Shown: piece after piece, positions 1-8,371 of the stretch
Position numbering within the stretch: the stretch's first letter is position 1
Layout: the number at the start of each line of letters is the position of its first letter
Program-made: the position numbers and the translations under genes
Notes under the pieces: model-generated
Database searches by the model: none
Seen by the model: only the letters and a program-made list of their open reading frames with translations
Told to the model about the DNA's origin: nothing
Assembly: GCA_009785795.1 (NCBI GenBank)
Contig: WQVN01000004.1
Coordinates: 1-53,441 of the forward strand
Direction: 5' to 3'
From: Coriobacteriia bacterium
Lineage (GTDB): Bacteria > Actinomycetota > Coriobacteriia > WRKU01 > WQUG01
Length of the DNA: 53,441 nucleotides

Positions 1-435
1 GTTGTCTTTATGGCACCTGCTGGAACATGCTTCACGCAAGAAATTGCCAATACCTATGCTGCTGACCATGATCGTCTGCTGCTGGTGTGTGGACGCTACG
101 AAGGTTTTGACCAGCGCGCTTTTGACTGGGCAGATGAATGCCTGTCTATAGGTGACTATGTGCTTGCAGGCGGAGAGCTCCCAGCAATGGTAGTCATCGA
201 GGCGGTGGCTAGACTATTGCCCAGCGTGCTTGGCAATAGCGAAAGTGTCCTTGTTGAGTCTTTTTCTGCGGACAACGATGGCTTGCTTGAACATCCTCAG
301 TACACAAGACCTGCTGATTTTCGCGGCCAAAAGGTTCCTGAAGTTTTGCTTTCTGGCAACCATGCAGAAATCGAAAAATGGCGACAGGAACAAGCACGGG
401 CAAATACGCGCCAATTGCGGCCAGACCTCTTGTAG
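1..435 (+). CDS. trmD: tRNA (guanine37-N1)-methyltransferase, 5'-truncated by the window edge
   Basis: Motifs CGRYEGFDQR, SIGDYVLAGGE, LLEHPQYTRP, VPEVLLSGNH; frame open from base 1. Confidence 0.97.
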   Translation, partial: VVFMAPAGTCFTQEIANTYAADHDRLLLVCGRYEGFDQRAFDWADECLSIGDYVLAGGELPAMVVIEAVARLLPSVLGNSESVLVESFSADNDGLLEHPQYTRPADFRGQKVPEVLLSGNHAEIEKWRQEQARANTRQLRPDLL

Positions 436-580
436 TGCTGTTTTAAGTCTGCTGTAGTGGTAGAACTGTCAACGTTTTGACACACATAAGCGTATGGCAG
501 TAGCACAATGATTTAGTATAATAATCCAGTGCGAATCCACGCATATAAATCTGAAAAGGAAATACAAGACAAGGAACATA

Positions 581-1501
581 ATGAGTGCAAAAGGACACAG
601 TCCTTCTAATAGAGAAAAATCGCGCAAGCGCAAATTCGTAACGCCCACGCCACGACAACAGTCGCACTGGGCTGATGATGGTCCGCCACCCGTGCCTCCA
701 CATTGGACTGATGGTGACCAACCGCTCGTGCTGCCACATTGGACTGATGCACCTGCACAGCCTCCAGCACACAGACAAGGAGCTCCTGCATTGAACCAGC
801 AAGTTATGCCATATCCACCGATACCCAGCACTCCTGTTCTGCCCCCAATTCCTGCACAAGAAAGGTTGTCAGAAGTAGCTCCACAACTATCTAAGCAACC
901 ACAAATGTCGCGAAAAGCAGATGCGCAAGAACGCAAGCTGGATACGCGTGAAGTTACGGGCAAATGGCTGGTTGAAACCGCTGCCCTCATAGTTTTAGCG
1001 TTTGTGATTGCTATGGGTGTCAGAATGTTTATAGTGGAACCATATCGCATTCCAACAGGATCTATGCTTCCAGCAATCCAGATTGATGATCAGATACTGA
1101 TTTATCGCTTAGGTGCGCATTTGGGCAGTGAGCCTGAAGCGGCTGACATCGTAGTTTTCTATGATCCAACAGGAGCATTTCCCAACCTAGTAAAGCGCGT
1201 TATCGCGACCGAAGGTCAGATTGTCTATATTGGGGAAAGTGGTGAAGTGTCAATTGATGGGCAGGTGATTTCTGAGCCGTATGTATATGGCTTGCCCACA
1301 CATCCCTTAGGACCTGATCCAACACAAGGGGCTCCTATCGAATATCCTTTTACTGTTCCTGAAGGAACGGTATGGGTCATGGGGGATAACCGAACAAACA
1401 GTGCGGACAGTAGATCTTTTGGCCCCGTTCCTGTGTCAGAAGTGAAGGGGACGGCGTTCTTCACATATTGGCCGCTGTCTAATTTCGCCCCTCTTGAGTA
1501 A
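581..1501 (+). CDS. lepB: Signal peptidase I with a long Pro-rich N-terminal extension
   Basis: TM helix followed by IPTGSMLP (catalytic Ser), LVKRVIA (catalytic Lys) and MGDNRTNSADSR; AAGGA RBS before the ATG. Confidence 0.93.
   Translation: MSAKGHSPSNREKSRKRKFVTPTPRQQSHWADDGPPPVPPHWTDGDQPLVLPHWTDAPAQPPAHRQGAPALNQQVMPYPPIPSTPVLPPIPAQERLSEVAPQLSKQPQMSRKADAQERKLDTREVTGKWLVETAALIVLAFVIAMGVRMFIVEPYRIPTGSMLPAIQIDDQILIYRLGAHLGSEPEAADIVVFYDPTGAFPNLVKRVIATEGQIVYIGESGEVSIDGQVISEPYVYGLPTHPLGPDPTQGAPIEYPFTVPEGTVWVMGDNRTNSADSRSFGPVPVSEVKGTAFFTYWPLSNFAPLE
665..772 (+). repeat. Three 36-bp (12-aa) imperfect tandem repeats in the lepB N-terminus
   Basis: HWADDGPPPVPP / HWTDGDQPLVLP / HWTDAPAQPPAH, starting at 665, 701 and 737. 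Confidence 0.8.
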
Positions 1502-1516
1502 TGATCTCTGCGTCGT

Positions 1517-1571
1517 TTGTAAAATCTGATTGCACACGTAGCTTAGTACGCTTTGCAATCAGATTTTACAA
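1517..1571. terminator. Perfect 18-bp inverted repeat after lepB (terminator or RNA-stabilising hairpin)
   Basis: TTGTAAAATCTGATTGCA (1517-1534) / TGCAATCAGATTTTACAA (1554-1571); no U-tract. Confidence 0.6.
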
Positions 1572-1616
1572 GACTCCTTGACCTTGAACATTTCATTACT
1601 CAAGGAGATTATCTTG

Positions 1617-1625
1617 TGCTATACT
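1617..1625 (+). promoter_or_regulatory. Extended -10 promoter of the rplJL leader
   Basis: TG-c-TATACT about 30 nt upstream of the L10 leader. Confidence 0.6.
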
Positions 1626-1655
1626 TATCCACTGTTGATAATTGAATTGTGTGCT

Positions 1656-1829
1656 GCCACAGACAGTCGGTTCTCGAATGAGAATAATGAAGTGCCTTAG
1701 CTTATTGGTGCTTCGCCCACCGAGGTAGTCGTTTTATGCTGATACGTTCAACACTGCTTAATGTGCAGGTTTGGACGTGCTCTGCTGATAGATGCGACCC
1801 TCGTGACACTGTTCCGAGGGTTTTTTATT
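1656..1829 (+). ncRNA. Ribosomal protein L10 leader (autoregulatory RNA) with attenuator hairpin
   Basis: CCACAGACAGTCGG...TAA...CCCACCGAGGT matches the L10-leader pattern; followed by CCCTCG...CGAGGG + TTTTTT; directly upstream of rplJ. Confidence 0.75.
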
Positions 1830-1906
1830 GTCCGCGCACTACCTGTGCGCAAGCAGGCAATAGATCTGCGCAGCTCACTACTGAACTGCATGTGAAAGGA
1901 GGATAT

Positions 1907-2428
1907 ATGCCTGCAAAAACAAAACTTGCTGTTGTTGCAGAAATTAAGGAGCGTTTTGTTGACTGCCCTAATGTATTGCTGGTCGACTATCGTGGCCTGG
2001 ACGTGCAAGCTGTTTCACAGTTGCGTCGCGAATTGCGCGAATCTGGCGGTGATATGGTTGTTTACAAGAACACTCTGACACAGATTGCTATGCGTGAACT
2101 TGCTTTGCCATCTATGGAAGAAATGCTCGAAGGTCCAAGCGCCTTCGTTTTCGCTCAGGGCGATCCTGTGACTTCTGCAAAAGTTTTGGCAAACTTTGCA
2201 AAAGAAAACGAAGCCCTGGAACTAAAGGGTGGACTGGTGCAAAGTCAGGTCATTGATAGCGCGGGACTTAAGGCACTTGCAACCTTGCCGTCACGCGATG
2301 AGCTACTGGCAAAACTTCTGGGTACAATCAGCAATCCAGCTCGTGGTATGGCTACCGTACTATCGGGGTCAGCACGCGGTCTGGTTACCGCACTCAGTGC
2401 TTTGCAAGAACAGAAAGAAGCTGCATAG
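1907..2428 (+). CDS. rplJ: 50S ribosomal protein L10
   Basis: LLVDYRGL, VYKNTL, LATLPSRDELLAKL; AAAGGAGG RBS fixes the ATG at 1907, not 1736. Confidence 0.97.
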   Translation: MPAKTKLAVVAEIKERFVDCPNVLLVDYRGLDVQAVSQLRRELRESGGDMVVYKNTLTQIAMRELALPSMEEMLEGPSAFVFAQGDPVTSAKVLANFAKENEALELKGGLVQSQVIDSAGLKALATLPSRDELLAKLLGTISNPARGMATVLSGSARGLVTALSALQEQKEAA

Positions 2429-2542
2429 CATGCAGTGATGAGGTTATTTTGACCTTTGTGTAATTTTTTAAGTAGATTTGACTGAAGAGAAACGGCGTGC
2501 ACACGACGTGTGGAGCGCTACCTAATGAAAGGAACGAACAAC

Positions 2543-2926
2543 ATGGCTGTATCACGTGACGAGATTATTGAGGCGTTAAAGGAAATGCCAGCTCTGGAAC
2601 TATCCGAGCTAGTCAAGGAACTCGAAGAAGTATTTGGTGTAAGTGCTGCTGCTCCTATGGCAGTTGTTGCTGGTGGCGCTGCTGCTGGTGGAGATGCTCC
2701 TGCTGCAGACGAAAAGACTGACTTTGACGTAATCCTTGAAGGATTTGGCGATAACAAGGTTGCAGTTATCAAGGTAGTAAAGGCAATCACTGGTCTTGGT
2801 CTAAAAGAAGCAAAAGAACTTGTAGATGGCGCACCAAAGCCTATCAGCGAGGGTGTTGCAAAGGACAAGGCAGAAGAGATGAAAACTCAGCTCGAAGAAG
2901 CAGGAGCAGCAGTTACGCTAAAATAG
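2543..2926 (+). CDS. rplL: 50S ribosomal protein L7/L12
   Basis: [38 protein letters not shown]; RBS GAAAGGA. Confidence 0.98.
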   Translation: MAVSRDEIIEALKEMPALELSELVKELEEVFGVSAAAPMAVVAGGAAAGGDAPAADEKTDFDVILEGFGDNKVAVIKVVKAITGLGLKEAKELVDGAPKPISEGVAKDKAEEMKTQLEEAGAAVTLK

Positions 2927-2954
2927 TATGTGTACATATTAATTTGCTGGGAGG

Positions 2955-2986
2955 TCGGTCGTCTGTTTTGCAGGCGACCGATTTTT
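2955..2986 (+). terminator. Rho-independent terminator of rplJL
   Basis: TCGGTCGTCTG / CAGGCGACCGA stem followed by TTTTT. Confidence 0.85.
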
Positions 2987-3091
2987 ATATGTACGCTCAT
3001 GTGATACAAGGATACGTATTATAGAGACTTTGTCTGTGCCAAGTATCTGAGATAATGGGAAAGTATAGCTATTCTAAGGGAAGGACTTGCC

Positions 3092-3949
3092 ATGATCAAT
3101 CTGCAAGACATTATCATCGATCCCGAATTCAAGTACTTGCTGCCACTTCTTGACCCAGAATCTTTTGCGACACTCGAGACTGACATTTTAGAATATGGCT
3201 GCCGTGATGCACTTGTACTGTGGAAAGATCACAGTCGAGAAGACCAAAGCATTCTAATTGATGGGCATAATCGTTATGAGATATTGCTCAAGCACGGTCT
3301 GCCGTTCAGCATTACCTACATGGAATTTGACTCACGTGAAGAAGTCACAATCTGGATAATCACAACACAAATTGCACGTCGCAACCTTGCTGCCTTACAG
3401 CTTTCATATTACCGAGGAATGCACTATATGGCAGATAAGCAACTGGTGGGAAGACCTAGAAATGACGACGATGAAAAAAGTGCGCAAACTGAGCACATTT
3501 TAGGATCTACAGCAAATCGCCTTGCAAAGAAATACAATGTTGACTCCAGCACGATTAGACGAGATGCTCGAGTTACACAAGGAATTGCTGCTATTGGCAC
3601 ATTCTCTTCAAACGCGAAACAAAAGATTCTTGCAGGAGAGGTGCCCATTACTCGCACAAAGCTACAAGCACTCGCAACTGCAGAACCTGCACGCGTTGCT
3701 GAAGTTGCTACTGCTATTGATGACGGTACCTTTGAGCGCAGACCTGCTGTTGATAGTGGGCAGGTTGCTTCAGCAGAGCGTCCAGCTACTGTGCAAGATC
3801 TAGCCTTTGCAACAACTAGCATCAGACGTAACTTTACACGTGAGTTGCGTCAATTAGAGCGCAGTGATGACCCATCAACACTTGCAACTGCAAAACCAGT
3901 CCTGCGCGCATATATTGCGAGCCTCGAAGAACTGTATAGACAGCTGTAG
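3092..3949 (+). CDS. ParB/Srx-like N-terminal domain plus HTH protein (plasmid/phage partition-related family)
   Basis: IDPEFKYLLP, L..DI..YGCRDALVLW, LIDGHNRYEI, QIARRNL, HTH ANRLAKKYNVDSSTIRRD. Confidence 0.75.
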   Translation: MINLQDIIIDPEFKYLLPLLDPESFATLETDILEYGCRDALVLWKDHSREDQSILIDGHNRYEILLKHGLPFSITYMEFDSREEVTIWIITTQIARRNLAALQLSYYRGMHYMADKQLVGRPRNDDDEKSAQTEHILGSTANRLAKKYNVDSSTIRRDARVTQGIAAIGTFSSNAKQKILAGEVPITRTKLQALATAEPARVAEVATAIDDGTFERRPAVDSGQVASAERPATVQDLAFATTSIRRNFTRELRQLERSDDPSTLATAKPVLRAYIASLEELYRQL

Positions 3950-4408
3950 CCTAAGTATTTTGCAATTGACTCAATTTGGGAGATGTGTCGTACATCACTC
4001 TGCAGGGTTATCCAGCTCAAGTAAGTCGTTAATCGACACAGTGGTCTAACGCGAGCTAGAGGTTCAGCGCAAGGAGTAAATAGACACGCAAGGAACAATA
4101 TGCTTGTTATAATACATGGCATAAACGTGCAAACAGGCAGAGAGATAGCTAGGCAGACAACAAGTGCTGGAATTGGCAACACAAGGGCAACACCAATACA
4201 GCAAGGTTGTACTCTTATCGTAAATCCAACCAGATTCCGTGCAACCATCCTAAGTAATGCACGTGCAGACCCTCGCTGTACAGGCAATTCATTGCAATTT
4301 GCTGGACGTGGTTATTTGCGCAGACATTAGCACAATAAAGGCTTATATATGCAGCCATAGAAGTATGTCAGACATGGGGAAAGTTTAACCTTGGTAGGGA
4401 GAATTTTG

Positions 4409-4909
4409 ATGAGAGAGAAAAGTAATTATAGTAGCTACAGAGGTCAATTTTTCTCAAATGTTGGCTGCACCATCCTCATTCACGTTCTTATGACGGTACT
4501 TGGTGCTTTAGGAGTTATCTTAGGATCAACCTTTCAAGATTTTGCTTTTATCGCCATTTTCTTTGTACTTGCAGTAATTGGATATCCACTTTTTGGCTAT
4601 CTGGTATTGCGGGTACTACCAAAAAACAACCTGCTTTCTGTGTTCATTTTGACGCTACTGCTAGCAGTAGCGTCAATCATTCTTATTATCGTGAGTGTGC
4701 CATCAGATAGTGCTTTGGGTCTTCTTTCCTTTGCGAATTTTCCTGCATACATGATTACGACTATGCTTATTGGTTTTGATGGCATCATCGATTTTGCACA
4801 TGCTGAATATCTTGCATTCTTTGTAGCAGCATTTATTCCATCACCGCTTATGTATCTTGGACTGCGACTCAGAATGCATAGAGAAAGTAGACAGGCATCA
4901 GCTGCATAA
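4409..4909 (+). CDS. Hypothetical multi-pass membrane protein (paralog of 48222-48860)
   Basis: About 5 hydrophobic segments; GGAG RBS before ATG 4409. Confidence 0.75.
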   Translation: MREKSNYSSYRGQFFSNVGCTILIHVLMTVLGALGVILGSTFQDFAFIAIFFVLAVIGYPLFGYLVLRVLPKNNLLSVFILTLLLAVASIILIIVSVPSDSALGLLSFANFPAYMITTMLIGFDGIIDFAHAEYLAFFVAAFIPSPLMYLGLRLRMHRESRQASAA

Positions 4910-5060
4910 ATCAGCAATCAGTGTTCTGAGTGTCAAAAAAGAAGGGAAGAGAGATTAGTGAACTTCGTAAGACGCTCAACCATTAGCGCGGCAAGGAATC
5001 TGAAGCCTCCTTTCTTCACGCGTGCTTCTGTGACAGGCTCTTGCTGCCCGGTGCATCCTG

Positions 5061-5086
5061 CTTGTCCTATAATCTTGTCCTATAAT
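5061..5086 (+). promoter_or_regulatory. Tandemly duplicated 13-bp unit containing a TATAAT -10 box
   Basis: CTTGTCCTATAAT x2, ending 8 nt before ATG 5095. Confidence 0.7.
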
Positions 5087-5094
5087 AGATTGTC

Positions 5095-5847
5095 ATGAGT
5101 GACAACAACCCAGACAACTTAGCCCCCCATAGCACTGACCCGTTGATACGTCTTACCGACGTCAACAAGATATATGAAACAGGTGGCATACGCTTTCCTG
5201 CACTACTTGACGTAAATCTGGAAGTATATCCAGGCGAATTCATTGGACTGATTGGAAAATCAGGTAGTGGCAAAACAACGCTCATCAACATGATTACAGG
5301 CATTGACCATCTGACCTCTGGTGAAATCTGGATTGATGGCACTGCTGTACATTCCCTTAATGAAAATCGCATGGCAATTTGGCGTGGTAGAACCATTGGC
5401 GTCGTGTTCCAATTCTTCCAGTTGCTTCCCACACTAACTGCCATTGAAAATGCCATGTTGCCCATGGACTTTTGCAATATCCATGCACGTGCAGACCGCG
5501 CAGATGTTGCCCTGCACTATTTGGAGCAGGTTGAAATGGCAGATCATGCCTATAAGCTGCCAACTGAACTGTCTGGTGGACAGCAGCAGCGCGTGGCCAT
5601 TGCTCGTGCACTTGCCAATGATCCTCCCCTTATAGTTGCAGATGAACCCACAGGAAACCTGGACAGCAAGACAGCAGATTCGGTATTTAGCCTGTTTGAA
5701 AGTCTGGTTGCACGTGGCAAGACTATCGTTATGGTGACTCATGACAGGGACTTGGCAAAGCGCGTTACACGCAGCCTGCATGTAACCGATGGCAGAATAA
5801 CCAGTGACGTTACAAGTGACATTGTGAGCGATGTCCAGGTTCAGTAG
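5095..5847 (+). CDS. ABC transporter ATP-binding protein (LolD/MacB type)
   Basis: [36 protein letters not shown]. Confidence 0.95.
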   Translation: MSDNNPDNLAPHSTDPLIRLTDVNKIYETGGIRFPALLDVNLEVYPGEFIGLIGKSGSGKTTLINMITGIDHLTSGEIWIDGTAVHSLNENRMAIWRGRTIGVVFQFFQLLPTLTAIENAMLPMDFCNIHARADRADVALHYLEQVEMADHAYKLPTELSGGQQQRVAIARALANDPPLIVADEPTGNLDSKTADSVFSLFESLVARGKTIVMVTHDRDLAKRVTRSLHVTDGRITSDVTSDIVSDVQVQ

Positions 5848-8341
5848 ACAATTCGTACGCAACATGAATATTGCACCACGCACGGTAAAGGTGCTACGCG
5901 ATCTTAGTGCGAACAAATCGCGCACTTTCCTTGTGGTTCTTTCCATTGCTGTTGGTATTTTTGCAATTGCTTCTACCTTGGGCGCACGTCAAGTTCTTCT
6001 GCGTGAGTTTGACCATGGATTCGAGCTGAGTCAACGACACTCAATTTCTTTTACCCTTGATGACCGCTCAACGGGGGTTGATGGGGTTGTGCGTCAAATC
6101 GACGGGCGCGATGATGTGCTGGGGACTTCTGCGCGTCGCGCGAGCAGTATGAGCTTTACGATAGTGCCTGACGACATGTCAAATGAAGATGCACTCTCAA
6201 CTTTGCCAGCTCCTGGTCAAGACCGAGAGATTATTCACATTCATGCACTGGACACAGATGGGTTCTTGCAGCCACAGGTATCACGCTTCCATCCTTTAAG
6301 CACGCGTGCCTGGCCGCCAAGCACAAATGACATCATTATCGAGGCAAGTGCTCTACAGGTATACGACTTTGAAATTGGTGATCGCTTATTGCTCGAAGCA
6401 CCCTTTGGCAAAGCAGTGTTTCGAATTGCGGGTTTTTCCCATGACATTAATGCAGTACCCGCAATGTTTTTCAATCAAGTTGAAGCCTTTGTCACAATGG
6501 ACGCACTCCACCGCTTGGGCATACCCGCAGAACCTAATCGTATTCTAATAAATGTTGATCCAGAACTATCCAGAGTTCAAGTTGCGCGCATTGCTGACAG
6601 TATTGAGGAGGAACAACTTAATCCGGCACAGATAATCGTTAGTCGTAAAGAAGTTCCTGAGCCAGATTTTCATTTTTTTGGCAGTATGTTTGAAGCGGTC
6701 AGCGTACTACTGCTGGTAATGGCGTTTATGGCGCTCGCACTATCTGCTTTTCTGGTGATTACGACAACAAATGCAATCTTGATACAGCAGACACGTCAGC
6801 TGGGCATCATGAAGGCTATTGGGGGACGGCGCAGTCAAATTACTGCGCTCTATATCAAGCTTGTTCTTGCCTATGGTGTGCTGGCATTACTACTGGGGCT
6901 GCCTTTTGGCATCATATTTGGCTATGGTTTCATCGACTATGCTGCAGGTGTTTTGAACTTCTATATTTTTGAAATGACCTATCCCTTGTGGGTTATTGTG
7001 CTGCTGGCTGCGGTCAGCTTGTTGCTGCCTTTGTGTGCAGCATTTTTTCCCATTATGCGTGGAGTAAGACGTCCTATTGTAGATTCGTTAGGTTCGTATG
7101 CGAACCTCGTCAAATTTGGCGGTGGCTGGCTGGACCGAACCTTAAGCAAAATCACTTTTTTATCCAGACCAACGGCACTTGCTTTGCGCTCGACCTTTGC
7201 GCGTAAAGGCCGTTTGGCATTGACTCTGACAACGCTTGCACTTGCATCTGCAGTAGTAATGTCGGTCTTTTCTGCACACGCCTCGCTGCAGCTGACTGTC
7301 GATACTATTGGTAGCTGGTGGCGCTATGATGCACAAATCACCTTTGCGCATCCTGTTGACAATGATAGTCTTAAGCGTATTGCTCTTGAAAATGATGATG
7401 TTGTCTATGCTGAAACCTGGATAGATGGGCGCGTTACTATTAGTCGTCCTGATGGTACGACAAACGATTCGTTTTGGACACTGGGCGTGCCTGCCGATAC
7501 ACGCATCCTTGATTTTGATTTCGAGCATGGCTACTGGCCAGAACCAGGCAGTCAAGGTGTTGTTATTACGACCGAGCTCTTTACAACAGAAGAATACCTG
7601 CTGCCTCCTGCAACGGTGACCCTGATTGTAGGCGGGCAAGAAATTGAGCGTCCTGTCACGGGCATTGCTACAGGTTCGCTGCAGGGAGCGACGATGTTCA
7701 TGTGTCGTGACGACCTTGCAGATTTGCAGGGTATTGTTGGTGCGTCTACCAGAGTAGTGGTGCAGGCAGATGGCAGCCAGTTTTCGCATGCTGATCGCCA
7801 GACCATATTTGCACGCGCTGACTTGCAGCAATCAATCCTTGATGACTTAGATGAGCACTATCTGAATCATGGCTATGTTGTTGCGTCGACGCAAACGGCA
7901 GCAGGTCAACTTGAAGCATCGAGCGAGCATCTGGACATCTTGACGACCTTTCTATTAATAATGGCTTTAGCCCTTGCCGTTGTGGGCATCATTGGACTGT
8001 CTGGATCGATGACGCTTACGGTGATTGAGTCAACACGTGAAATTGGCATAATGAGGTCAGTTGGTGCCAGTCATCGTGCAATATTTGGTGTCTATATCAC
8101 GCAAGGACTGGTCGTTGGTACAATATCGTGGTTCCTGGGGGCATGGTTGTCATGGCCTATGTCATATGGCCTAATGGCAGCACTACGTGCCGCACTTGAG
8201 ATGCGCCTTTCCTACACTTTTGCTCCTGTGGGTGTTGTCGTATGGCTGGTAATGGTGTGGATAATATCAGCAGTCGCAAGTCTGCTGCCTGCCTGGCGTG
8301 CTTCACAAGTTAGTATTCGTGATGCAATCTCTCATGAATAG
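5831..8341 (+). CDS. ABC transporter permease with duplicated FtsX/MacB-type domains
   Basis: Two QQTRQLGIMKAIG / ESTREIGIMRSVGAS motifs, two extracellular domains, PAWRAS end; start may be 5864. Confidence 0.9.
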   Translation: MSRFSRQFVRNMNIAPRTVKVLRDLSANKSRTFLVVLSIAVGIFAIASTLGARQVLLREFDHGFELSQRHSISFTLDDRSTGVDGVVRQIDGRDDVLGTSARRASSMSFTIVPDDMSNEDALSTLPAPGQDREIIHIHALDTDGFLQPQVSRFHPLSTRAWPPSTNDIIIEASALQVYDFEIGDRLLLEAPFGKAVFRIAGFSHDINAVPAMFFNQVEAFVTMDALHRLGIPAEPNRILINVDPELSRVQVARIADSIEEEQLNPAQIIVSRKEVPEPDFHFFGSMFEAVSVLLLVMAFMALALSAFLVITTTNAILIQQTRQLGIMKAIGGRRSQITALYIKLVLAYGVLALLLGLPFGIIFGYGFIDYAAGVLNFYIFEMTYPLWVIVLLAAVSLLLPLCAAFFPIMRGVRRPIVDSLGSYANLVKFGGGWLDRTLSKITFLSRPTALALRSTFARKGRLALTLTTLALASAVVMSVFSAHASLQLTVDTIGSWWRYDAQITFAHPVDNDSLKRIALENDDVVYAETWIDGRVTISRPDGTTNDSFWTLGVPADTRILDFDFEHGYWPEPGSQGVVITTELFTTEEYLLPPATVTLIVGGQEIERPVTGIATGSLQGATMFMCRDDLADLQGIVGASTRVVVQADGSQFSHADRQTIFARADLQQSILDDLDEHYLNHGYVVASTQTAAGQLEASSEHLDILTTFLLIMALALAVVGIIGLSGSMTLTVIESTREIGIMRSVGASHRAIFGVYITQGLVVGTISWFLGAWLSWPMSYGLMAALRAALEMRLSYTFAPVGVVVWLVMVWIISAVASLLPAWRASQVSIRDAISHE

Positions 8342-8371
8342 CCTTAGCGCATTCTGTTAGAATTGCATGCT

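Noticed and set aside
1736-1906. 57-aa N-terminal extension of L10 in the ORF track
   Set aside because: It overlaps the L10 leader and attenuator; the strong SD sequence places the start at 1907.
3850-4330. Hydrophobic, Cys-rich minus-strand ORF 3850-4287 and plus-strand ORF 4100-4330
   Set aside because: No recognisable motif; the first overlaps the ParB-like gene and the second overlaps a promoter-like element. Not supportable as genes.
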